A stretch of DNA of 64,000 nt, from NCBI RefSeq assembly GCF_006345805.1, contig NC_043014.1, forward strand, positions 2,356,001 to 2,420,000, written 5' to 3'. The position numbers and the translations under genes were made by a program. The notes beneath the pieces were generated by a model. The model saw nothing but the letters and a program-made list of their open reading frames with translations. It was not told the DNA's origin and did no database searches. Positions 10,851-23,147 of the stretch are shown in pieces. The stretch's first letter is position 1, and each line of letters starts with the position of its first letter. The DNA is from Octopus sinensis (lineage: Eukaryota).

Positions 10851-11663
10851 GGATCTTTATGGTTTGAACGGCAGTTTTTTTCTTGCGGTGTCATATGAAA
10901 TTGTCACCCATAATTATGACCCTAGTATCGATCTATTGCATTTCAATCTGTTTTAGGGTTAGGGGTGGGGGGGAAGGATATATTTTTTTCTTCAGAAATG
11001 TAAATAAACCCAATCTGTTTCTTAAACGAGGGACATATTCATACGGCACAGAATGTTTTCACCTCAATAGACGTCATTGATTGGTTTAAATTGCAGAAAT
11101 TGAAGAAGAAAAACAACAAATATCTTACAAACTATAGAATTTTCTCAATAAAGCCAAGAGCAAAAGATGTTTTATAAACACATTCTACCAGTATACGAAG
11201 TTTAAAAGTGTTTAGTTACGTGGATGGGGGGAAGCACTCCATCGGTTACGACGACGAGGGTTCCGGTTGATCCGAATCAACGGAACAGCCTGCTCGTGAA
11301 ATTAACGTGTAAGTGGCTGAGCACTCCACAGACACGTGCACCCTTACCATAGTTCTCGGAGATATTCAGCATGACACAGGGAGTGACAAGGCCGGCCCTT
11401 TGAAATACAGGTACAACAGAAACAGGAAGAAAGAGTGAGAGAAAGTTGTGGTGAAAGAGTACAGCAGGGATCACCACCATCCCCTGCCGGAGCATCGTGG
11501 AGCTTTAGGTGTTTTCGCTCAATAAACACTCACAACGCCCGGTCTGGGAATCGAAACCGCGATCCCATGACCGCGAGTCCGCTGCCCTAACCACTGGGCC
11601 ATTGCGCCTCCACCAGTTACGTGGATATTATGTTAAAAACTGCCGTTCAAACCGAAAAGATCG
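10851..11663. mobile_element. Merlin-like MITE (same family as 5756-6535, normal form) interrupted by a SINE
   Basis: TIR ggatctttatggtttgaacggcagttt / aactgccgttcaaaccgaaaagatc; 8-bp TSD aataaaag at 10843-10850 and 11664-11671. Confidence 0.85.
11226..11614 (-). mobile_element. tRNA-Arg-like SINE family B (head TGGAGGCGCAATGGCCCAGTGGTTAGGGCAGCGGACTCG). Other copies: 18560-18908(-), 35058-35358(+), 53726-53998(+)
   Basis: A and B boxes; 12-bp TSD agttacgtggat at 11214-11225 and 11615-11626. Confidence 0.88.
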
Positions 11664-12346
11664 AATAAAAGTGCAAATATTATCTAGAGACTAGTAGAAA
11701 ACCACCCAGAGGGCAGTGTTTCTGCTAGTTCTATAAATGATGACATGTCATAACAGATTTGAAAGCTTGCAAGGCATAGATTTATTTATCTTTCCAAAAA
11801 GAAGAAGAAAGCTTCCCCAAACATCACATTGCATCTTATAAACACGAAGTCAGGGTTTGGCTTATTCAAATGGTGAATCAAGTGTGTAGCAGTTCTCCAT
11901 ACCCTGGGGTACAAGCGATCTCTCTCACGAAACTGTTTATTAGTAAGTACATTCTACTGTCAGAAACCCGTATCTATTGTACGTACTTCATGCAAAATAA
12001 TAACCCAGTCAAGAGGAAAATTTAGTGACAATGTGTGTGACTATAGACATGCAAAGAAACTAGCAACTGGTTTTCAAAAACAGAAATAATTTTCTCCCAA
12101 AACTTTCAAAGGCCAGACCCAGTCACTCATCTTCCAAGTTCAAATATTCAACACAGATGAATCATTTCATATAATGTGAACAAAGAAAGGAGGATAAATT
12201 GAAGAAAAATAAGGTATTATTGCCATAATAATGGAGATTTTTAATATAGTATGAGATAATACTGACTAATAATCTAATAAATTGAATCATTGTAAACTGA
12301 GATGAACCCTCCACTTTTATCTCCCACCCTCTTTGTATGTATATAT

Positions 12347-12683
12347 GGTAAAGACCCCCTTCGGTCATGAATGACCATGGGATTGCACCTAGAAAGTTAC
12401 CCTCCTAGACACAAGTCCGGGCAAGGTTGTTTATGGAAGACCAGCAGTCGCCCATGCATACCAGCCTCCCCTCTCCACGCCACCAGTGTTATCCAAGGGA
12501 AAGACAAAGGTCGATACAGCTTGGCACCTGTGACGTCGCAACTCATTTCTACAGTTGAGTGAACTGGAGCAACGTGAAATAAAGTGCCTTGCTCAAGAAC
12601 ACAACACGCAGCCCGGTCCGGGATTCGAGCTCACAACCTCACGATCGTAAGCTCGACGCTCTAACCACTGAGCCATGCGCCTT
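12347..12683 (-). mobile_element. tRNA-derived SINE family D (Meta/MESC-like central domain); second copy at 14266-14600(+)
   Basis: Head aaggcgcatggctcagtggttagagc..., body gtgttcttgagcaaggcactttatttcacgttgctccagttcactca. Confidence 0.75.
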
Positions 12684-12758
<75 letters not shown>

Positions 12759-15700
12759 ACATATATATAAGGCGCAGGAGTGGCTGTGTGGTAAGTAACT
12801 TGTTTACCAACCACATGGTTCCGGGTTCAGTCCCACTGCGTGGCACCTTGGGCAAGTATCTTCTACTATAGCCTCGGGCCGACCAAAGCCTTGTGAGTGG
12901 ATTTGGTAGACGGAAACTGAAAGAAGTCCGTCGTATATATGTATATATATGCGTGTTTGTGTGTCTGTGTTTGTCCCCCTAGCATTGCTTGACAACCGAT
13001 GCTGGTGTGTTTACGTCCCCGTCTTTTAGCAGTTCAGCAAAAGAGACTGATAGAATAAGTACTGGGCTTACAAAAGAATAAGTCCCGGGGTCGAGTTGCT
13101 CGATTAAAGGTGGTGCTCCAGCATGGCCGCAGTCAAATGACTGAAACGAGTAAAAGAGTAAGAGTATATATATAGGCACAGGTGTGGCTGTGTGGTAAGA
13201 ATCTTGCTTCCCAACCACATAGTTCTAGGTTCAGTCCCACTGCGTGGCACCTTGGGCAAGTATCTTCTACTATAGCCTCAGGCCAACCAAAGCCTTGCGA
13301 GTGGATTTGGTAGATGGAAACTGAAAGAACCCCGTCGTGTGTCTGTGTTTGTCCCGAGCATCATCACTCGACAACTGATGTTGGTGTGTTTATGTTTCCA
13401 TAACGTAGCTGTTCAGCAAAAGAGACTAATAGAATAAGTACTAGGCTTACAAAAAATAAGACCTAAGGCAGTGCTCCAGCACGGCCACAGTCAAATTACT
13501 GAAGCAAGTAAAAGTATATATATAATAGTTAATGAGATAAGTTCTTTGAAAACCAGGTATACTGGATGTCAATTGAGTGCTCTTGTATGAAATATGTGAA
13601 AAACCTTAAAAGATATTCAGAGATTCACAAGAGTAAAATAGGGGAATGGTTATATCTTAAAAGTCATAATACAGATAAGTATATAATATTGACAATGTTG
13701 TCTTGCAAGTTACTTGGTGACCTCACTGGTGCCGGTGCCAAGTAAAAAAACCACCCAGTACGTTCAGGAAATTGGAATTGTCCAACCCATGCCAGTATGT
13801 AAATCGACATTAACCGGTGATATATATGTTGTGTGTATGTGTTTATTTTATGTCAGTTTACTCTTTTACTTGTTTCAGTCATTTGACTGCGGCCATGCTG
13901 GAGCACCGCCTTTAGTAGAGCAACTCGACCCCAGGACTTATTCTTTGTAAGCCCAGTACTTATTCTATCGGTCTCTTTTGCCGAACCGCTAAGTGACGGG
14001 GACATAAACACACCAGCATCGGTTGTCAAGCAATGCTAGGGGGACAAACACAGACACACATACATACATATATACGACGGGCTTTTTTCAGTTTCCGTCT
14101 ACCAAATCCACTCACAAGGCATTGGTCGGCCCGAGGCTATAGTAGAAGACACTTGCCCAAGGTGCCACGCAGTGGGACTGAACCCGGAACCATGTGGTTG
14201 GTTAGCAAGCTACTTACCACACAGCCACTCCTAAATAATTTACTGTTTAACTAAAGTACTACTCAAGGCACATGGCTCAGTGGTTAGAGCATTGGACTCA
14301 CAATCATGAGGTAGTGGGTTCGATTTGCAGACTGGGCTGTGTTGTGTTCTTGAGCAAGACACTTTATTTCACGTTGCTCCAGTTCACTCAGCTGTAGAAA
14401 TGAATTGTGACGTCACAAGTACCAAGCTGTATCGGCCCCTTTTCCTTTCCCTGGGATAACATCAGTGGCATGGAGCAGGGAGACTGGTATGCATGGGCGA
14501 CTGCTGGTCTTCCATAAACAACCTTCCTTAGACTTGTGCCTCTCAGAGGATAACTTTCTATCTGCAATCTCATCATCATTCATCACTGAAGGGGTTCTTC
14601 ACCCTCCTCAATACTTTTCAGCTGAGAACCCCTGACTTTTTACAAGGAAAAGATTGACCCTTGAAGATTGATGATGGCAAACAAGCGAAAACTTTGAAGT
14701 TACAGTCAACTTTTTCCTTGTAAAAATTAATTTGTGTGTGTGTATGTCTGTTCGTGTCTCCTTATCTTGACATTTTGCACTAAATGTGGCACCTTGGGCA
14801 AGTGTCTTCTGCTATAGCCCCGGGCCGACCAATGCCTTGTGAGTGGATTTGGTAGACGGAAACTGAAAGAAGCCCGTCGTATATATATGTATATATATAT
14901 ATATGTGTGTGTGTGTTTGTGTGTCTGTGTTTGTCCCTCTAGCATTGCTTGACAACCGATGCTGGTGTGTTTACGTCCCCATCACTTAGCGGTTTGGCAA
15001 AAGAGACCGATAGAATAAGTACTGGGCTTACAAAGAATAAGTCCTGGGGTGGATTTGCTCGACTAAAGGCGGTGCTCCAGCATGGCCGCAGTCAAATGAC
15101 TGAAACAAGTAAAAGAGAAAGAGAAATGCCACCATCATTGAAACTGGTTCGTTTGCAATCTTCCATTAAAAATTGTCTGGATTTGGAGAAAATATCACCT
15201 TGTTTCATCATCATCATCGTTTAACGTCCGTTCTCCATGCTAGCATGGGTTGGACGGTTTGACTGGGGTCTGGGAAGCCAGGAGGCTGCACCAGGCTCCA
15301 GTCTGATCTAGCAGTGTTTCTACAGCTGGATGCCCTTCCTAACGCCAACCACTCTGTGAGTGTAGTGGGTGCTTTTTACGTGCCACCTGTACAGGTGCCA
15401 GGCGAGGCTGGCAACGGCCACGGTCGGATTGGTGCATTTTATGTGCCACCGGCACGGAAGCCAGTCGAGGCGGCACTGGCATCGGCCACGATTCGGATGG
15501 TGCTTTTTACGTGCCACGGGCACGGAAGCCAGTCAAGGCGACACTGGCATCGGCCACGATTCGGATAGCGCTTTTTACATACCACCAGACCAGGGGTCCT
15601 GGCAACTGCCGGGTGCCAGTCATAGGATTGGTTCAATTTCGATTCACTTGTTTATAAACAGATAAGGATTAGCAACAGGGAAAGCATCTGGCTGTAGCAA

Positions 15701-16049
15701 AATCTACTTTAATAAAGTCTGTCTGATCTATGCAAGTATGGAATGGTAGATGCTGAAACAATACTGATGGTGATATTTAAACAGAATGTAAATACCTTCC
15801 GTATTAGATGGACTCCAGATTTCAACCATGCATTTTCAGGGGAAAAAAAATGTTTTTGGTGCATCAAATCCCCAACTTTGCATATAGGACCCAGCATGAT
15901 TTTTTGAGGCAAGTTTTTATGCCATCAAATATGGTTTTTGATTTTACCTGAACTTACCTGTAATTAAAGTAGTTTTGAGACGAAAATTCCACAAAAGATA
16001 TAACCAACCTCTTATGGTATGTTAGTAGGTGGTTACTCATTATGATTAA

Positions 16050-16281
16050 GGCGGCGAGCTGGCAGAAACGTTAGCACGTCGGACGAAATGCTTAACGGTA
16101 TTTCGTCTGCGTTACGTTGTGAGTTCAAATTCCGCCGAGGTCAACTTTGCTTTTCATCCTTTTGGGGTCGATAAATTAAGTACCAGTTACACACTGGAGT
16201 CGATGTAATCGACTTAATACCTATGTCTGTCCTTGTTTGTCCCCTCTGTGTTTAGTCCCTTGTGGGTAATAAAGAAATAGG
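16050..16281 (+). mobile_element. SINE family C with Nin/Deu-like domain. Further copies near 26304, 28454, 41908, 42185, 42410, 49757, 49990, 61123 (+) and 58310-58880 (-)
   Basis: ggcggcgagctggcagaaacgttagc...gagttcaaattccgccgaggtc..gcctttcatcctttcggggtcgataaattaagtaccag. Confidence 0.8.
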
Positions 16282-17454
16282 TTACTCATTATGATTCAAG
16301 AAAATATTGATGTGCGTGCTCACAAACAGATAATCACAGTGAAAAGTTCCACCCCATACTCCATAAGTATTTGTAGTGCCACACACACATCATCGTTTAA
16401 TGTCTGTCTTCCATGCTGGTATGAGTAAGACAGTTTGACAGGAACTGGTAAGCCAGAGGACTGTGCCAGGTTCCACTGTCTGCTTTGGTTTGGTTTTTAC
16501 AGCTGGATGCCCTTCCTAACACCAACCGCTTTACAGGGTGCGCTGGATGCTTTTTATGTGGCACCAGCACAGGTGACATCTACTTTGGCATTTTTACTGC
16601 TGGGTGCCCTTACCCTCCCAAATGCCAACCACTTTACAGAGCAAACTATGTAACACTAGTGCCACTGAGGTCTGCTTTGGCATGGTTTTTATGCCTGGAT
16701 GCCCTTCCAAACATGATCCACTTTACAGATTGGACTGGGTGCTTGTTATGTGGCACCAGCATTAATGAGGTTGCCAAGTGTCTTGCAAGACAAAGATCGT
16801 TTGAGGGGTGTGGTATTGATGGTGGTGGCTTTGTGCTAGGTGATGAGAGGTTGGAGTATGACGGGGGGATAGAAATAGGGGTCTTGCTGCCGAGGAGACA
16901 CAGAGTTGCCCCAGTCAGAGGGTGATGAGATTGAACAAGAGAGAGAGAGAGAAAGAGAGAAATGGTGGTGATGTGTCAAGGTACAAGGGTGTGAACATGA
17001 ATGGGTTGGTAGATGATTGCTTGGGGTGCTTGAGTAGAGAGTTCACCTGAATGTAAAGGAAGGGTGGAATGCAGTGACTGGGGAAACCCGGGTATATAGG
17101 TGGGAGGACAGGAGTGGGGAAGGAAATATAAGCATGAAGAGGAGATGTAGTTTGGTTTATTGGGGTAGCGGGGTATGCGAATTAATGTCACATGTGGGTG
17201 GAATACATGGCACTTTGGCACTTTCAGAACTGTTTCTGCTGAGGTGGGTAGGTTTTCTCAAGAACCTCGTATCACCAGACATCTCAATCCATTGTTGTCA
17301 TTTCCTCTGTGAGGCCCAACATCCTGAGATCAGTCCTCACTATTTCATCTCATGTCTTCCTGGGTTGCCTTTTCCCACAGGTGTCATTCACTTTAACCAA
17401 TCAGCATTTCTTCATACAGCTACCTTCATTCATACACATATCACATGTCCAAAC

Positions 17455-17870
17455 CAATTTTTGGAGAGATTTTCAGATCCCGACAAAGTTGAGAGCGACA
17501 TTCTTCTGTTCCAAAATCTATTTGATTGTAACCTTGGTGACATGCCAGTCGGACTACAGTTGGTGCTCATTGATAGGCAAGCAAATGACTTGTTGAAAGA
17601 GAAGCACAGAGAAAGAAAACTTATTGAATTTTATTGCTATTTACCTGATGATGACTTTTCAAAGTTGAAGAAATTTGCCTCTGATGTGGCATCAGTGTTT
17701 GGAACAACTTATGTCTGTCAGCAAACATTTTCAAAAATGAAGAATGTGAAGAAAATGAAGAATATCAAGTTTGACTGAACACTTGAAAACAATTCTCTTG
17801 GTTGTTGGCAGCAATTCCAAAGCAAATATCGGTGATATCTTAAAAGCTAAACACCAGTTTCACAAATCTC
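17455..17870 (+). mobile_element. hAT transposase C-terminal remnant (GTF2IRD2/SPIN-like)
   Basis: FLERFSD...LQLVLIDRQANDLLK...LIEFYCYL...FSKLKKFA...SVFGTTYVCQQTFSKMK...LTEHLKTIL resembles the hAT dimerisation region. Confidence 0.75.
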
Positions 17871-20489
17871 ACCAACCTTTTTTTGCTGCTTATTTTGTGA
17901 GATTCAGATATGTGCACTTTGGGTGTGGTATAATTAACTTATTGCTAATGTCACCTTCTTTCATAACATTTTGGTAAATAAATATTTTGGTAGACATTTT
18001 TTGTGTATTCACTGTATTTTACTGAACAAAATGGTTATGTGGCCCACACTTGTCACTCTTGCCCTCTGTAAATAGAGTATAGCCATTCATACACAAGCAT
18101 CATACAATCTGCCGTTCACTCTAAGAAAGGGGTCTTTTGTTGCCAGTAGAGGTGATACCTTTCTGAACTTCTTCCATCCTATTCTTATTCTCACAGATCA
18201 TCCTCCACCACTACTTATTTGGTCACCTAGGTAACAAGAGGTGACTGTAGATATGTTTATGGTCTTCGTTTTAAGGTCTACTTTTTCATACTTGCATAGA
18301 TCAGACTGGAGTATGTTGGAAGAGTTTTCTACAGCCAGTATAGCTTTTTGTCACCAACCCCCTCTTGTGCCCAGGTGAGGTAGCAATCTCCCTGTCTATC
18401 GTACAACAATCAGCTGGAGTCACTTTCATAGTGGACTGCTAGCAAACGATGCTATTAGTGAAGCCATTGTTTCCACGTCAACGAGGGAAGCGCACAACAA
18501 GATACAAGAGGAATATGAAATCACTCATACATGCACACAATTTATGTGTTTGTTTATGGATGGAAGCACTCCGTCGGTTACGACGACGAGGGTTCCGGTT
18601 GATCCGATCAACGGAACAGCCTGCTCGAGAAATTAACGTGTAAGTGGCTGAGCACTCCACTGACACGTGTACCCTTAACGCAGTTCTCGGGGATATTCAG
18701 CGTGACACAGAGAGTGACAAGGAAGTAAGAGTGAAAGAAAGTTGTGGTGAAAGAGTACAGCAGGGATCACCACCATCCCTACCGGAGCCTCGTGGAGCTT
18801 TCGGTGTTTTCGCTCAATAAACACTCACAACGCCCAGTCTGGGAATCGAAACCGCGATCCTACGACCGCGAGTCCGCTGCCCTAACCACTGGGCCATTGC
18901 GCCTCCACTGTTTGTGTATGAGTACATATGTATATATACACACATAATCAGTGTCCCCAAAAAGTGTATACACACTTTAAATACTGATAACTTACTTAAT
19001 TTTTATTTCATTTTATTAAATACTGATTTTATGATCATCCAATATGTATATTCATTTTGAGGGGCGGGGGTATAACCTACATATATATGCATATACAACA
19101 GGTTTCTTTCAGTTTCCATCTACCAACTCCACTAACGAGGCTTTGGTCAGCCTGGGGATTCAATAGAAGACATTCATTCAAGGTGTCATGCAGTGGGACT
19201 GAACAGGGAATCATGTGTCTCTTTACCACACTCATACCTCCTACATGTGTGTGTATGTGTGTTTGTGTGTATGTGTGTTTGTGTGTGTATATATATATAT
19301 ATATATATACAGGATTTCCCAAACATTGTGTGCACACATTGAATGATAATATACTGTTTGTTTAAATGCATTTCAAATTTAATAGAATCTGCAGACAGAA
19401 TTTAATTTCTTTTATAAACCCTGGTTTTCAAACTGATGACCATTCCAGGCACCACTCATAACATGGAATTCATCATCATCATCATCGTTTAACGTCCGCT
19501 TTCCATGCTGGCATGGGTTGGACGATTCAACCGGGGTCTGAGAAGCCAGAAGGCTGCACCAGGCTCCAGTCAGATCTGGCAGTGTTTCTACAGCTGGATG
19601 ACCTTCCTAACGCCAACCACTCCGTGAGTGTAGTGGGTGCTTTTTATGTGCCACCGACACAGGTGCCAGACAAGGCTGGCGACCGGCCATGCTCGGATGG
19701 TGTTTTTTATGTGCCACCGACACAGGTGCCAGAGGAGGCTGGCGAACGGCCACGCTCTGATGGTGTTTTTTATGTGCCACCGACACAGGTGCCAGACGAG
19801 GCTGGCGAACGGCCACACTCGGATGGTGTTTTTTATGTGCCACCGACACAGTTGCCAGACGAGGCTGGTGAACGGCCACGCTCAGATGGTGTTTTTTTTT
19901 TACGTGCCACAGACACAGGTGCCAGACGAGGCTGGCGAACGGCCACGTTCGGATGGTTTTCTTATGTGCCACCGGCACTGGTACCACAAAACTACAAATT
20001 CCATTGATGTTCATCGATTTTGATTTGATTTGATTTGATTGAAAACATCAAGTAACATTTTGTTCTGTATTTGTACACATTCTCGATAACCCTCAACTTG
20101 TTGACTGTTACCAGTCAACTTGTACAGTAAACTTTTAATTATCCCCATAAAAAGAAGTCTAAAAATGTGAGGCCCAGTGAATGTGGAAGCTATTTTACTG
20201 AACCTCTTAATCCAATCCTCCAGTTTGGTAAAATCTCATCAAGGTAGGCCCTTACATGGTAGCGTGGTGGTGCCCCCATCGTGCTGGGAGTAAAACTCCA
20301 TATCTTCAAAGTCCTCTTGAATGCTTGGCATGACAGATTGTCACAACAAAGTAAATGGGACCAATCACAGTACCATCCAAAAAAAAAAAATATGGTTCAG
20401 TTAATCCTTTTGTATATGTACAGACATGTATATCTATATATAGCCAGGCGTTTGTGTTTATTAATCTTTCTGTCTTTCTATCATTTCAG

Positions 20490-20825
20490 ATGTTCCAGTT
20501 GTGAAATCTCAAGCAGTGACATTCTCCATCTCTTCTTCTGCCAAAATTGGTGATTCTGCTCAGTTCTTCTGCAATGCCACCACCACAGTACTTCAGTACA
20601 ATGCTATTTTCATACATAATGACAACCAGATTGCTAAAGCCTTTACTCCTGTTGTTTCACGTCCAAGTAGTCCCAACACTTCAGTCACTGGTTCAGGCAA
20701 CCGGTATTACTATAAGTATACGATCAGTTCTTTGTCTTGCTCTGACCGAGGGAATTACAAGTGTGAGGTGGCGAATGAAAATGCTGCTGCATTGAAGAGT
20801 AACAGTGAGACACTTGATGTTCTGG
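20490..20825 (+). CDS. IgSF membrane protein exon, Ig domain 1 (V-like)
   Basis: ttcag|AT...CTG G|gtaag, phase 1-1; GDSAQFFC...YTISSLSCSDRGNYKCEV. Confidence 0.9.
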
Positions 20826-21571
20826 GTAAGGAGTTACCTTTATCTACTTTCACTTTTACTCCCCCTTTCTCCCTCTTTCTGTCTGTCTGTTTATCTATCT
20901 GCTTTCGCATGGCCAGATGCCCTTCCTAACACCAAACACTTTACAGAGTATACCGGGTGCTTCTCTCATACCACCAGCACTAGTCTGTCTGCCATGCAGT
21001 TTGCAAGCCTACAAAATCTGAAGAGGGTTGGGGGTGGGGGGGTTATGCTAACAGGTAGGGGTTAAGGTATGAATGGTGGTAGGAAAGAGTAGGTTCTAGT
21101 TGTAGGAGAACTACATAGCTACTCAGATTTGCGAGAGAGAGCGAGAAATGTATCAGAAGCAACTGCAAAGAGTGAGGTGTTTTGGGTGGCCTCTCGAGGT
21201 ATGAAGTGAGTATTAGTGGGGTGGGGTGGGGCAGAGAAACTAGGAGTGGTGAGTGGGGGTTGTAAGTGTGTAGGGAGGGGAGGCAAGAACACCCATAAAG
21301 ATTGGGTAGGGTTGGAGGATGAGAATGCAGGGGGGGATGATTGTCAATGATATGTGAATGGGGAGGTCATGGATGGAAGAAAAGAACAGTACAGGAGTAA
21401 AATAATGAAGATTCAGCTGATTCGGGTGGGACAGACGGGGGGGAGGGAGATGATGTTTGGTTAGGCTACAGAAGAGTGGGGAGAGTGGGAGTTAGGTGTA
21501 GGGCATGAGGATAGAATTTGGTAGTCTAATGGGGTGGGGTGAAGGAGATGAATGTAACATGTAGGACAATA

Positions 21572-22390
21572 TCTTTATATATAAAAGTGAAGTTGTGCGT
21601 CTGCCTCCTACGATTTAGATTCCTAACTAATCCCACATTTTGCGGTGCAGTTTAACCAAAACTGGGTATCTTATAGTCGTGATTCATATCGAGCCCTTCT
21701 GGGTATTAGCGCACGTCTACGATGAGTCTACGATTTAAAAAATAATTTACCATCATTTTTTTCCATTTTAATGCATTTTTTTCGCTATTATATAAGGGAA
21801 GTAACTTTCTAAAAATGTCTACGATTTAAAAAAAAATTTACCATCATTTTTTTCCATTTTTAATGCATTTTTTTGCTATTTTTTGGCTATAACTCTCTAA
21901 AAATGTCTACGATGAGTCTACGATTTAAATAAAAATTTACCATCATTTTTTTCCATTTTTAATGCATTTTTTTGCTATTATATAAGGGAAGTAACTCTCT
22001 AAAAATGTCTACGATGAGTCTACGATTTAAAAAAAAATTTACCATCATTTTTTTTCCATTTTTAATGCATTTTTTTGCTATTATATAAGGGAAGTAACTC
22101 TCTAAAAATGTCTACGATGAGTCTACGATTTAAAAAAAAATTTACCATCATTTTTTTTCCCTTATATAATAGCAAAAAAATGCATTAAAATGCATTTTTT
22201 TGCTATTATATAAGGGAAGTAACTCTCTAAAAATGTCTACGATGAGTCTACGATTTAAATAAAAATTTACCATCATTTTTTTTTCCATTTTTAATGCATT
22301 TTTTTTGCTATTTTTTGGCTATAACTCTCTAAAAATGCTTATATAGTTATTTCCCTTACAAACCCGAGCAACGCCGGGCGACACTGCTAG
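21572..22390 (+). mobile_element. Non-autonomous Helitron with internal ~100-bp tandem repeats
   Basis: a|TC start, subterminal GC hairpin cccgagcaacgccggg, CTAG|t end, no TSD; unit gtctacgatgagtctacgatttaaaaaa..aactctctaaaaat about 6 times. Confidence 0.85.
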
Positions 22391-22675
22391 TTAATGGATA
22401 AAAGAGTGTGGTATCAGGACGAATGAGGCTGGGTCACTGCAGGGGGAGAGATGGTGGATGAGGTGTCCATTGGTGCACCTGTGTAGTATGGACAGCAATA
22501 GTGCTTCCAGAAGTCAGTTTTGCTACGATGGAAGTGTCTTAAGGACCACATGTCACCAGCCAGTCCTTTGTCATTTCCTCCATGCGGATTAGGGTCCTCA
22601 GATCAACTTTCACTATTTCATCCCATGTCTTTGTGGATCTCTCCAGCCACATTTATACTATGTCATTATTCTCAA

Positions 22676-23147
22676 AGACATACAGCATCTCGAAAGAGTC
22701 CAGAAGCTGGCTACCCGCATGGTTCATGGTCTCAAAAATTTGTCTTATGAAGAAAGGCTGAGGACGCTCGACCTTTATTTTCTAGAAAAACGCCGCTGCC
22801 GTGGTGATCTCATTCTCGCCCACAACATCATAAGCGGAAAGTGTAACCTCTCGAAAGAGCTGTTCTTCACTCCTGCTCCAGAGCGTCGGCTGTGGGGTCA
22901 TTCCGAAAAGCTCTACCTGCGATGATTTCATCTCAATCGAAGGAGAGGAGCTTTCTCCGTTCGGGTTGCGGATCCGTGGAACAAGCTGCCAGACGAGATG
23001 GTGAAGATGCCGACGACTGCTTTGTTCAAAGTCTCCCTTGACCTCAAGTGGCCTGAACTCTTTACATGAACACCACCCTGTACTCAACTCCATGTCCCCT
23101 TACATGGCCTTGCTATTTGCTTTTGAGCCAAAATTAACTAACTAACT
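22676..23147 (+). mobile_element. CR1-type LINE 3' fragment
   Basis: LERVQKLATRMVHGLKNLSYEERLRTLDL..LEKRRCRGDLI...FSVRVADPWNKLP; (taac)n tail. Confidence 0.85.

Noticed and set aside
11540-11612. tRNA-Arg(TCG)-like gene
   Set aside because: It is the head of a SINE with a TSD and several dispersed copies, not a standalone tRNA.
17074-17778. 234-aa ORF as a host gene
   Set aside because: Chimera of unrelated repeat fragments; only the 3' half resembles a hAT transposase.
19513-20023. Repeat-spacer-like array suggesting CRISPR
   Set aside because: Units are near-identical along their whole length with no unique spacers; eukaryotic retroelement 3' UTR repeat and no cas genes.
1-20489. Signal-peptide/first exon of the Ig gene
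   Set aside because: No convincing ATG plus hydrophobic stretch plus phase 1 donor found by eye; it may lie upstream of the window or have been missed.
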